From Chrysomallon squamiferum (Eukaryota > Animalia > Mollusca): 64,000 nt of DNA. Positions 1 through 12,914 of this stretch are shown piece after piece (position 1 is the first letter of the stretch; each line of letters starts with the position of its first letter). Location of the stretch: positions 14,012,001 to 14,076,000 of the forward strand of contig CM022668.1 in NCBI GenBank assembly GCA_012295275.1. The letters run 5' to 3'. A program made the position numbers and the translations under genes. A model generated the notes under the pieces. It did no database searches. It had not been told where the DNA came from and saw only the letters and a list, made by a program, of their open reading frames with translations.

Positions 1-539
1 AAATAAAATAAAATAAAATGAAAGAAGGTAAAAAAACCACACCAAAAAATAAACAAAAAGAACAACAGAACAAAAAAAACCCAACCCAAAACCCAGACAA
101 AACAAAACAATAAATAAATAAATAAAAATAATTATAATTATTAAAATATAACACCCATTGTTTCAAACTAACTCTCAGAAAATCTACCACATTTTTTTTT
201 TATCAAGATACTCTGAAATAAGAAATTCTTCTTTTTCTTCTTCTTATTATTATTCAAAAATCGCGTCTCAAATCTTTCTTTTTTTCCACTTTTACTCCAC
301 ACATCCACCTTTTCATTCACTACACCAGAGAACAGAAGAACAAAATCTGCATCCATCTTTTAAAAAACACAGACACGAAAAATAACACAAATCCATCGCT
401 ACTTGGCTGCCATGCATGGAATACTGCTAATCCATACAGCTTAATCTACTGACGTACATAAAGATAGGAAATGATTACTAGAGAAGATCATGCAGCTAAG
501 CTCTCGACTGATAGAATGTGTCTTACAGAATATGAAAAA

Positions 540-1680
540 GATTCATCTGTATAACAATCGACATATCTGTGTGTAACAACTCTCTAGCAAGATATTCATA
601 TTGCTAGATATATTCATAACAAGAGACATCTCTATAACAAAATGTATATGTATATATACAAGAAACATCTCTATAAGATAATATATATATAGAACAGAAA
701 CATCTCTACAAAATAATCTCTATAAGAAACTATAAAAGGCCTCTCTATAACATTTGCATAGCTAATGCATCTCTGAAACAAAACATATGCAGGCAAAAAA
801 TTTCTCTGTTTAGAAAAAGAAAATAAAAAATCCTCTTTAATAAGATGAATTCTACAAAAAGAAACATTTCTATTATCAGGCATATCTGTGTAACAAAATA
901 CATCTCTATAACAGAATACATCTCTATAACAAAGTATATCTCTATAACAGAATATATCTCTGTAATAACATAATCTCTAATAAAACATTCTATAACAAAG
1001 ATTGTTATAGATACATCTCTATTGGGTCTATAGCAAATACATCGATAACAAAACACATCTCTATAACAAGATATATCTCTAAATAAAAATTCTTCTCTAT
1101 AACAAAATGCATATCTGTACAAGCTATATCTGTATTACCATATACATCTCTAGACCTAAATGCATCTATAACAACATATTTTTTATAACAAGAGTCATCT
1201 CTATAACAAAATGCATCTCTATAATAAGATACATCTCTATAACAAGATACATCTCTATAACAAAATACGTCTTTAACAAAAAACATCTCTATAACAAGAT
1301 GCATCTCTGTAGCAAAAAGCATCTCTATAACAAGATACATCTCTATTACAGATATATCTCTATAAATATACATCTCTATAATAAGATACATCTCTATAAC
1401 AAGATACATCTCTATTACAAATATATCTCTATAAATATACATCTCTATAATAAGATACATCTCTGTAGCAAAATGCATCTCGATAATAAGACACATATCT
1501 GTTACAGATATATCTCTAAAATATACATCTCTATAATAAAATATATCTCTGTAGCAAAATGCATCTGTATAATAAGATACATATCTATTACAGATATATT
1601 TCTATAAATATGCATCTCTGTAACTAGATGCATCTCTATAACAAAATACATCTGTGTAGCAAAATGCGTTTCTGCTACAA
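540..1680. repeat. Degenerate ~18-bp tandem satellite (ATCTCTATAACAAGATAC)n
   Basis: Dozens of CATCTCTATAA units; accounts for the YLIIEM/HLYNKI-repeat ORFs at 671-1699. Confidence 0.9.
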
Positions 1681-3616
1681 GAAAACAGCAAGGCATCACT
1701 GGAGCTTTTCGTTACAAAGGTTGCCACGGATTTCACAAACACTTATTGATCCTGACTGTATTGCATAACGTATTAAACTTGCACTGCGGTTTATTCATTA
1801 ATATATCTTTTTTATTTTATTATTATTATTATTATTAATAATATTTTTTTTTTTTACTTCTTCTGTTTTATGGTGTTCGATGCGAAAGCTTAATGCATGA
1901 TTATGTTAACGTCTTTCGATTAATGGAGAACGAGAAAAAGAACGCGAGAGAAAGCGAGAGAGATGGGATTTGCAGATTGTACTGAACTCACTGTGTAGGC
2001 TACAGTTACTTGTAGTTATAAAAAAATATATATATTTTTTTGATTTTTCTTTTGATCTCCTTTGTGTTTTTGTTTCTTCTTCTTCTTCTTCGTTTTCTTC
2101 TTGTTCTTTTTCTTCCTTTTGTTCTCTTTTCCTGATTGTTTGATTTTTTTTTTTTACTGTATTTTTTTATTTTTTTTTTATTTTAAATAATTATTAGTTG
2201 ATGCTCTCAATGACACAGAAATTAAAATCGATTTGAATACAGCGTGATAAAATCACAGAAGGAATTTGCAAACTAAAGGATTAATCTGGAATATATTTCT
2301 TGATGATAATATTTATCTATGGGGTATGTACGTGCACATGCATATGTTTGAACATTCTGTGTGAATGCGTCTTTGTATTTCTTTGTGTATACATGACATA
2401 AGCACATACATACACACACACACACACACATACTTTTATGGTTATACTTTTATTTTGTTACGGGCGTGTCTGTCTGTCTGTAAGTGTTTGTGTTCTTTTG
2501 TGCACTGAGATTGTGTAGTCTTTTGAATAATGCTAATATCCTTAGAAAATAATCATATTTATTTCTAGCATTCTTTTTGTTTTATTCTTATTATTTTTAT
2601 TATTATTATTATTTTATTTTTTTTTTTGGGGGGGGGGGGTTTGTTTTCTCACATAACTTTAAGTCATATAACTAAAGCTAACTTATTTTTCAGAGTTCAT
2701 TAACTTAGAATTGCTATGCCTAATAATTTTAAGTTTTTAACAGATATCGGTAATAAAATTTGATGCCAATTACTAATGGCTTCATCGTGCGAGATTTTTT
2801 ATTTTTTTTTTTTTTTTTTTCCTTTCATGATGGAAAAACGAGAGAAAAAAAAAAAAATGAAAACCGTAAGAATTCTAGGCTGATATAACAGACATTGCAT
2901 GCAGTGTTATAATAACTATCGTACCATATAATATTTTTCCTCAATCAAAATGAAGGCTCCATAAATAAATAAAAATTTAATAAAATATATTTTAGTTTTC
3001 GCGAGAAATAAAATAGACGGATCAATAATATTAATCATTTCAATTTAAAGTTAAAAAGTAAAATTTCCATTATATTGAGTTAAAGATATTTATTTATATT
3101 GATATACAATTTCCCTGGTAACAAAACTGTTCAATGGTCTTTAAATGTTGATAAATTCCCGTTCCAACCAGCAGATGATCTCTAATTTCTCAAACATCGT
3201 AAAAGTGGTGTTTTAGTCTGTTCTTGGGTAGGTGTGTGTTAATAAAAACTTTCTGCTAATCGACATGAATAGCCACTGAGTAATGGCAGAGCGTTATATA
3301 ATAAAATAACAACAACAACAACAACAACATTAACAACACTAGTATGACTGTAATTAAAGTAGTGGAAATCTCTACTATATAAGCTATAAAAAAATGTCTT
3401 TGAGACAAACATAATAATATTATTCGCATTATTCCTTTATGACATATATATACAGATATATACACACACATTACATACACATACATACACATACTTTTAC
3501 ATACACACACACACACATATATTTTATATACAATATAAAATGTATTTGAAAAGATTAATGATTATGAGTTACTATTACAAAGAGAGGTTTGCGTCGCTGA
3601 TATATATAAGAGAGAG

Positions 3617-3739
<123 letters not shown>

Positions 3740-5099
3740 AACAACAACACGAAACTGACATTATAATTGATTGATTAGCCAGTCAGATTTCTATGGTTTG
3801 TTGCAAATTATAAACAAGTCAAAGTCTGTTTTCATCAGTTTGTGAATATTCTCTCTCATATGTTGTTACGTGTACAAGTGCGTGTGTACGGATATGTACG
3901 TACGTACGTTCGTAAGGGATTGAAAAGCTGTACTTAGCATAATAGATAAGGCGTGAAAGACAGAGAGACGAACAGACAGAAGAATTACTGGCAGAGAAAG
4001 AACGAAACAGAATCGGAAAAAAAAGTCGGAGACGGGAAAAGAAAAACACAGAGAAAAACTTGTTTCTTCTCTTACTCTTTACCAGACGTTAAAAAAAGAA
4101 AAGAAAAAAAAAAAAAAAAGACTTATCGTAAACAAGAGTACGGCGATTGTTGATTTTAGTCTGCGTTGGAAGCTGGTGCCATAAACGAAATAATTCTCAG
4201 CCCAGTGATTTAATAAACAGAACATGTAAAGAAGAGATCTGTTTACTTCTACGCCGCTAAAACACAAAAGCTGTGCCAAGCTGAATAGTTACGTCGACAG
4301 TTGCTATTTTAAGATCGAAAAAAAAAACCTAAAAATAAAAAATAAAAACTAAATAACGTAAAGTATGCTTACGGTTAGTGGTTTGAACTAATTTCCAACG
4401 GTTTTTGTTTGTATTCAGGTCACAAGAATTGCCGCGAATTTAGCTGAATGTTTTTATATGAACATTTTTTTTCAGAGTTTTTTTTTTACTTTTAAGTTAG
4501 TGTTTTGATGTGGTAAAAATCGTCATAATGTTTCTTAAGGAAAAGTACACGTGACTCTACACGTGATTTAATGTTTTATATATGAATTTTTGAACTTTTT
4601 CCGAACTCTTGTTAGAATCGTAAGAAACCGAAAAACAGGGCGTATAGATAGTAGCTTTTCCTAATTACTGCGGTCACGTGGTTCGGCGCCATTAAAAATA
4701 TCTCTGAATCTATTTGAACATTTTTTTTGTTTGTTTTTTGAATAGCTTCTTTATTCAGTGATTTATGTACATAATTTATACTTTTGAACTTTATTTAGAT
4801 TGTTAAATTTTAATTTTAATTTTTATATATTTTTTAATGTAGATTTTATTTCAAACTGTAAGTTTTCATAGCATCACGTACGGTAATGTCCTACAGATCA
4901 AAGAGTTGTTTTCTTATTGTGCGTGTTTTGAAACAAAATCCTACATATATCATCACCTTTATCTCACAGACATATACGTACAGACAAACTAACACGTTTA
5001 CACATATACACACACAAACACAAACACAAAAACACGCACATACATATTTAATGTATTCAGTATATTATAATAGTAACGGTTATTAGGTGTCGATCCATT

Positions 5100-5134
<35 letters not shown>

Positions 5135-6320
5135 TGTTATTATTATTATTATTATTATTATTTCCATATCTTTATAAATAACTATTATCATTATCATTAT
5201 TTATTTTATTTTTTATCAATATTATCATCATCATCATCATTAATATTATTATTATTATTATTATTATTATTATCATCATCATCATTCCTCATCATCATTC
5301 CTATTAAACTTTTATAGGATTCGTCCCCACCTGAAACCCTTCTCTTAAATACTTCCAGGTGATAAACACACTACGTCATAATTACGTCACAAAATACGAC
5401 CTCTGACAGTACAGAGCTACCTAACTGAAAAACCGTATAGAGGAGGCAGGCAGTCTGTACACCGTTAATATTTCCATCTGAACGAAGGTTATAACTGAAA
5501 AACTGTTAACATATTTCTATCAGCAGTTTGTAAACTACAGCACATTAGTATTTCGCTTTCCCAAAGCCTCCAAATCTTCACATCCGCTGCGGACTTATTT
5601 AATTAGTTGTAAAACGGGTCGCGCTGACGTCATAGTGACGTCATAATCGCTCGCGGCAGCCCTTAACGATAATTCATTTTCCATAGACGTTTTACGTTTT
5701 GTTTTGTAATTCTGGTCTCAAAAATTACAATATAAAAATGATTGATTTGCTATTAGCGGCGTTATATAATTCCCGACTTCAACTGTAGCAGCTATAACGT
5801 CGGCACTGTCTGTTTCGAAATATGAATAATAATAATAATAATATCTTGACGTCTTTGTGCAAGTTTTGAAATTATTACCCTGCGATATTCTGTATTCTGA
5901 TTTTCTTTTGGATGCACGACGTATTGGTTCTCTCCAATGTTGATGCTGTTATTGTTTTTTTCTTCTTCTTCTTCTTCTTCTTCTTCTACTACTACTACTA
6001 CTACTACTACTGCTACTCACATTTGTACTACTAGTTCTACTACTACTACTACTATTACTATTATCTTTTTTGCTATTAACACAATTATTATTATTATTAT
6101 TATTATTATTATTTGTTTAGCTTACCAATATTGCAAAATTATTATTGCTCTTGTGTTTAGGTATATCTTTTTTTATATATATAAAAGTAACTTTAGGCTA
6201 CATTTGTTTCTAGTTTTGTTTTGTTTTTTCTTGCTTTTCTTTCAGCGCTCATAACAATCAAGCAGTCTAACCATCTCTATCTTTCATTCACTGATTTATA
6301 AATATGTCTGTCTGTCCGTA

Positions 6321-6351
<31 letters not shown>

Positions 6352-6584
6352 TATGTATGTAGGCATGTAGTGTGTATGTTTTTTTGTATATATGTATATA
6401 TAAATGTATGTATGTATGTATTAGAATATGTCTGTTTTTAATGTATGCATAAATGCATTCTTATAAAACATTTATCTATATACATACACATATCCATCCA
6501 ACTGCATCATCACCGTCGATATTTTGAAGTCAACACAAAACGATCTATCGATAACAAAAAAAAAAGAATCGATATCTCTTCTGT

Positions 6585-6972
6585 GAATCGGCCAAGGGAG
6601 GCGGAGGCGGCGGCGGCAATATAAAAACGTGACATGCGCAGACGGCTGCCGGCGCGAGACATGGCAGATATACTTGTTTTAATTACAAGTTCGATCGCGC
6701 GCGCGCCCGCCCGCCCGCCGAAAACGAAGCTTTCGCTTCTCTCTCCCAATCGACAAGCGGAGGAGATCCGTGACCATTCCTGTCTGATTGACATGTCATT
6801 CATTTCAATTCGGGGTCAAAAGGTTAGGCAAAGCGAGCGAGCGCGCGCGCGGAACGTTGGCCCTAAAGCTAGGAGAAGTCCGCTTATTGGCCAACTCGGC
6901 TCGACTCGGCCGGGCTCTTGAGACCTGAATGTACCGAGCAAACGGGCTGGCATTTTTAAGGCAGCCATGTTT
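6585..6972. promoter_or_regulatory. CpG/GC-rich island, candidate intronic enhancer or alternative promoter
   Basis: Dense CpG and (GC)n runs in an AT-rich background. Motifs: TATAAAAA (6620), TGATTGAC (6785), GGGTCA-aa-AGGTTA (6813-6826), CCAAT/ATTGG and GCCATGTT. Function is inferred from motifs only. Confidence 0.45.
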
Positions 6973-7265
6973 TTAACAAAAAAAAAATAAAATAAAATAA
7001 AAAATGCTGCTCTCGTTTTTCATCCGATTTACAATCATAGCGAGTTTTAGGAGAAGAGGAGGGGAAAAAAAAAAAAGACTGCTAAAGGTTTTCATTTTGA
7101 AAGTTGTCTGAGGTTATTGATATTGGAGTGGCAGTTTTGAGTGTGTATATATATATGTAGGCATGTATGAATGTGTTATACGTATGCATGTGTGAATGTG
7201 TATGCTGTTTATGTGTGTATGTGTGTGTGTGTGTGTGTGATATACGATATACAGAGAGAGTGAGG

Positions 7266-7335
<70 letters not shown>

Positions 7336-7451
7336 AATTTAGATAAAATAGACAAATCAATAGACATATAAATTCATATATGGATACACCAGATTTTGCG
7401 TTAAATTAATTTCATATATATGTGTATATATGTTTGTGCGTGTTGTGTATA

Positions 7452-7500
<49 letters not shown>

Positions 7501-7667
7501 ATAACTGTATTTCGATTTAACTGACATAATCAAGTAAATAAATAAAATAAAATAAAATAAAATAAAATACAGAGGATAACTACGATGAAGTGATGATAAT
7601 AATAACAGTAATAATAATAATAATACTGATGACAGTGATTATGGTGATGACGATGATAATAATAATG

Positions 7668-7701
<34 letters not shown>

Positions 7702-8071
7702 GGCGTCTCAGGGTTCTTGTAACTGATAACAGCCCTGTCAGTTAACTTGAACACTCAGAAGAGAAATTGAGGTGAATTAATTGTCCCTTCTTCGATCTTC
7801 GTGACGTCATAATTCACAACCGCGAGATATGACGGTCTCGTTGTCAATAACAACAAATTGTTATGGACTACGTGACTAGACGTGACCTAATTAACTAATA
7901 AACGAAACCTCTTTCTTTTTTTTTTTTTTTTTTTTTTAGTTAATAGTAAGATAATGGTATTGTTTTATAATCTGTTTATTTATATGTTTGTTTTATGTAT
8001 ATTGTTTAACTAAAAATTAGAAATCGAATCTGATATTTTTAAAATGATATTTGTAAGAGTTTACTCTGTCG

Positions 8072-8116
<45 letters not shown>

Positions 8117-8765
8117 GTTGTTGTTGTTGTTGTTGTTGTTACTGTTGTTAGTATTAGTATTAGTATTATTATCTTTGGCCATATGGGTTATTGAATATTT
8201 TTACCTTAGTGCAGAATACGTTCCTTATTTATTGATTTATTATTAATATTTATTTATTTATTTATTTTCTCCACACATGATATCATCCAACACAATACAG
8301 ACGACCATATCATATATAAAAAACAACAACAACAAAAAAACGGTCTTCTGTTTTCTCCCCTCTTTCTTTCTTCTTTTCTCTTTTCCCACCTTTTCACGTA
8401 AATTAGGCCATCGTCGGCTGTGACGTAGACTAAACATTTCGAACGCCGTGTCGTCTGCTCGTGCGACCACCACACACGTCTGCCACGGTTGTTTTCCTTT
8501 CCACTTCGACGAAATCGGCGCGGTGACCTTTGCAATGTCAAAGCAATCGATACGTTCTGTCACAGAGGACGTCATATCGGCTCTTTAATGCATCTTCCTG
8601 TAAGCCGACCAATAAGCAACCATCTTTTCTTACATTGACCCGATTACAAAAACAGCCAGGCCAGGCCAGCACCACTGTCCTATCGTTTCATCGATTATTA
8701 CTGCCTACCGCAGTACAACGCGACAATACTCGCTGTCCTCAATTTCATGCCACGAAATTTGTTTT

Positions 8766-8810
<45 letters not shown>

Positions 8811-10017
8811 CAACCGTCGGTGAAATGAACAAGGAAGTGACTTATAAGCTAGACCGCCATTTTTTCTGTTTCTTTATCCACAGTTACCTAAAAGGTCCTT
8901 CGTATGTCTGTCTGTTTTCTGTATATATATATATCCATCTATGTGTCTGTATGTGTATAATGATAATTCCCTCTGTATATATAATTATCTCTGTATCTTA
9001 CTGTTAGTCTGTCTCTGTGTTTGTTTATTGTGTATGTATGTATGTATGTATGTATGTATGTATGTTTGTATGTATGTATGTATATATACATATATGTGTG
9101 TGTGTACCTATGTATGTATGTATGTATGTATCTATCTATCTATATATATATATATAAATGTATGTTTGTATATGTATACATGTACACAAAAGGTATTTAG
9201 TTTTGTTAATTCATGAATGGTATCTAGGAACAAGAAATTATTTTGAAGTAAAAATATTTGGTTAAATTTTTCTTTTCTTTTGTTTTATTTCGTGTCTTCT
9301 TTTATTTCTCCTACGACTTCCACTTCTTTCTTTCATTCTTTCTACCTATCTCTCTGTCTGTCTGTTTGTCTGTCTGTTTTTCTTTATTCTTTCTTACTTA
9401 CCGCTTTTCCGTTCATCAATTGATCTTTTTTCTTCAATTTTAACCTTTGTTTTTTTTTAATGCTTTCTTTCATTCTTTCTTTCTTCTTCTTCTTCTTCTT
9501 CTTCTTCTTCTTCTTCTTCTTCTTCTTCTTCTTCCTCTATTGATACATTACATAACAGCAGATTGTACCAGGGATATGAGCTTTTCAAATCGATGTACTG
9601 TACTGCTTTTGTAGTGCACGCGTTTTTCGGATTTGCATTCATGCAAAAAGAAAACACAGCAAGATAAACAAACATCGCTGTTGTCTTGGTTGCTAGTAGC
9701 AACAAGCAAAACACGTGATTTGCGTAAGGAAAATGAACGGAACGAGCAAAAGTATACAGCATAAATAGATGGAGGAGGGTGGGCCATAGGAGAGAGGGGG
9801 GTGAGAATAGATGTAGACAGAGGGCTGGATTGATTAAAAGACGCATGTCATTTGGAAGGATGAATAAATAAATAGATAGATAGATAGATAGATGTGTTGA
9901 GAACAAAAAGACTAGTGTATGTATGGATGGTCGGAAGTCAGATTAAAACGGGGTGAAAATTAAAAGAGTTTGATAGAAATAGATAGAAAGGTACACGATA
10001 ATTTGAAAAAAGAAGAA

Positions 10018-10109
<92 letters not shown>

Positions 10110-11116
10110 CATGAACCTCCAAAATTCAGAAAGAAATATAATATTTTTAAAAAAAACTTTTGGAAACAGTATGTTCATTCATTCTAAGGTTATTAGTATA
10201 AGTTAAGCTTTTGTAACCGTTCCATAATCATAACTGCAGACTGTAATAACTCCATGTACCTTCATAATAATGATGATTATGATGATAGTGATAATGATAA
10301 CGATGATGATGAAGTTATAAAAAGATGATAATTAAAATATGACTACGACAACGAAGAAACAGAAGAAAAAGATGATGACGATGATAATGATGATGAGAAG
10401 AAGAAGAAAGAAGAAGAAGATGAAACAAATGAATATTACACGATTTATCATAAAATAAGCCAGTATTATCGAAAACCTGCAGTATTTTCCTAAGAACGAA
10501 ATAAAAAAATTGACCTATTTCTTACTAAAAAGAACCAGCAAAAAAAAACAAAAAAAAAAACAACAACAACATAACAGTGACTGGTGCTCAAATTCCTGCC
10601 CAGTCTAAAATGTTTACAAATTTCGTTTACAAAAAAAAACGCAATTCAGCTTATTTAATTGGCCCGGCGGTTCTGAAGGAAACAACGACCTTTTTGGAAA
10701 TGGTCCAATGTATGCAACTCGCTGGAGATCGCTATCCTGCAATAATTCGGGAACTAATCGCTTTTTTTTTCTTTTTGCTCCCACTACTGTGATGTGAAAA
10801 GTTTCGCGCACGGGAGACAACTGCCTGAGTGATTTATTCGTTTGCGATTTGTCGCTGCCTGGTCAGTTTTGTCAGATTAGAAAAGCCGCAGTGATTTGGT
10901 TCTATGGGAAGGTAATTCTGCAGTGGAAATTGTTCAATTAGATTCGATATATCCACAATTAGGGAACAGGCCTGTTTCCAGCAGTACCCAAGGAAAACTG
11001 AGGTTTTCTGTGTTTTTTTTTTTTTGGTTGAAAAACATTTTGGTTAAAGTCCATTTTCAGTTTATTTATTTTTTTTGTAGCAATAAAGAGTAAAACTGAA
11101 GAAGAAGAAAAAAAAA

Positions 11117-11169
<53 letters not shown>

Positions 11170-11590
11170 TATAAATAATAATAATTACAGAAAAGAAGTA
11201 TAAAATAATACTAATACTAATACTAAAAATAAATAAATAAATAAATAAATACATTTTTTTTTTTTTTTAAAAAAAAGAAGAAAAAGGCATTTTTATGAAA
11301 TGGAACTTTCAAACGTGATAGGTAATTATATTCGATTCCGTATTAAAATGAAATCCGAATTTCCTATTTACTGCTGGATGTAAGTTAATTGTTACCTGTG
11401 TGTGTAGCCTTTTCTCCCACACACACCGTTGTTCCTGCCTGCTGTTACGTATATACGCTATTAGTCTACCTAATGTAATTAATTAAAAGGTCGCTATCAT
11501 TTACTGTACTAATAATACGTTTTAGCAATTCTGTGTTAAAAATAAAAAAAAAAAGTTTTTCTTTTTCTTATTGTTTTCTTCTTCTTCTGA

Positions 11591-11644
<54 letters not shown>

Positions 11645-11888
11645 TCTTTTTTATTGTTGTTTTTTCTTCTTCACCTTCTTTATCTTCTTCTTCTTCTTCT
11701 TATTATTATTATCATCATTACTCTGTTATTGTGTCTGTTTTTACTATTATTATTCTCTTTTCTATTGCTTTCTTCTTCTTCTATTTCTTCTCCTTCTTCT
11801 TCTTCTTCTTATTATTATTAGCGTTCCTATTATTATTGTCGTTCTCGTTATTGTTACTTAAATTTTTTTTACTCTCATCATATCTTCG

Positions 11889-11977
<89 letters not shown>

Positions 11978-12681
11978 ACTCTCTCTCTATTGACTGCACC
12001 TCTTTTTTCTCTATATCTTTTACATTTTCCCGTACAACTCAAAACGAAAAAAAAAAAAAAAAAAAAAAAAAATACTGTAGGTAAAAACATGATCTGCAAA
12101 TGAGTTAAACTTGTTTGGCAGTCATTGCCTACAGTTCTTATTATACTCCTCTGTCGTTCCGCAATCAATGCGGTTTGATCGAACGACACGCTTGAACGAT
12201 TCTATCATTTCTAATTTCGTCTATCGACCGCCGACCCTCACCAGTGGATCCTGGAGAGAAATTAGGATTATTATTGACAAGATATTGCTTAGTGTCCATG
12301 CGCAAAATGGCAGCCTGATCTTTCTCTTTGTCTCAGTTCTGGAGATTTCTTCCTCTGTTTACGTGTGGGTGGGTGTTTGTTTAAGTGTTAAGTGTAAGTG
12401 TGTGTGTGTGTGTGTGTGCGTGTGTGTGTGTGTTTGTGTGTGTGTGTTTGTTTTTGTAAGTGTTAAGTGTAAGTGTGTGTGTTTGTGTTTGTGTGTGTGT
12501 GTGAGTGTGTGTGTTTGTGTAAGTGTTAAGTGTAAGTGTTAAGTGTAAGTGTGTGTGTGTGTTTTTCTTAATTTATACATGGTGCATATACGTATTTCTG
12601 TATGTAGGTGTGTGTGAGACTTTATGTACGTATTATATATATATGTATATATGTCTTTATGTATGCATATCTATATATATA

Positions 12682-12914
12682 CAGGGGTGTGCAAAAGTAG
12701 GTATACAGTAGTATCACATGAGTGAATTTAGTAACACATTAAATTAGTTGGACTCATTTTTCTTATTTTGAGAGTCATTAACCATATTTTTGTTTAAATT
12801 AATAAAAATGCTTGTATTTTTATATTAGCTTTTTTGTTTGAATAATAAATGCAATGAGTACTGTAAGTGTTTTCTTTTTTTCATAACTGTATACCTACTT
12901 TTGCACCCCCCCCT
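12682..12914. mobile_element. Tc1/mariner-type MITE, ~233 bp, non-autonomous
   Basis: Perfect 21-bp inverted repeat GTGCAAAAGTAGGTATACAGT (12689-12709) / ACTGTATACCTACTTTTGCAC (12886-12906) within ~28-bp TIRs; left end TA|CAGGGG; TA on both flanks; AT-rich non-coding interior. Confidence 0.8.

Noticed and set aside
671-1699. Overlapping ORFs with YLIIEM/HLYNKI repeats
   Set aside because: Translation of the 18-bp satellite; open on both strands, with no splice signals or domain similarity.
3156-3175. TTCCCGTTCCAACCAG resembling the SINE core start
   Set aside because: Only about 16 nt match, with no flanking head or core similarity.
6510-6921. 97-aa and 95-aa ORFs in the GC-rich island as the missing GPR158 5' exon
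   Set aside because: No signal peptide or Cache-domain motifs and no phase-2 donor matching exon A; stop scarcity is explained by GC content.
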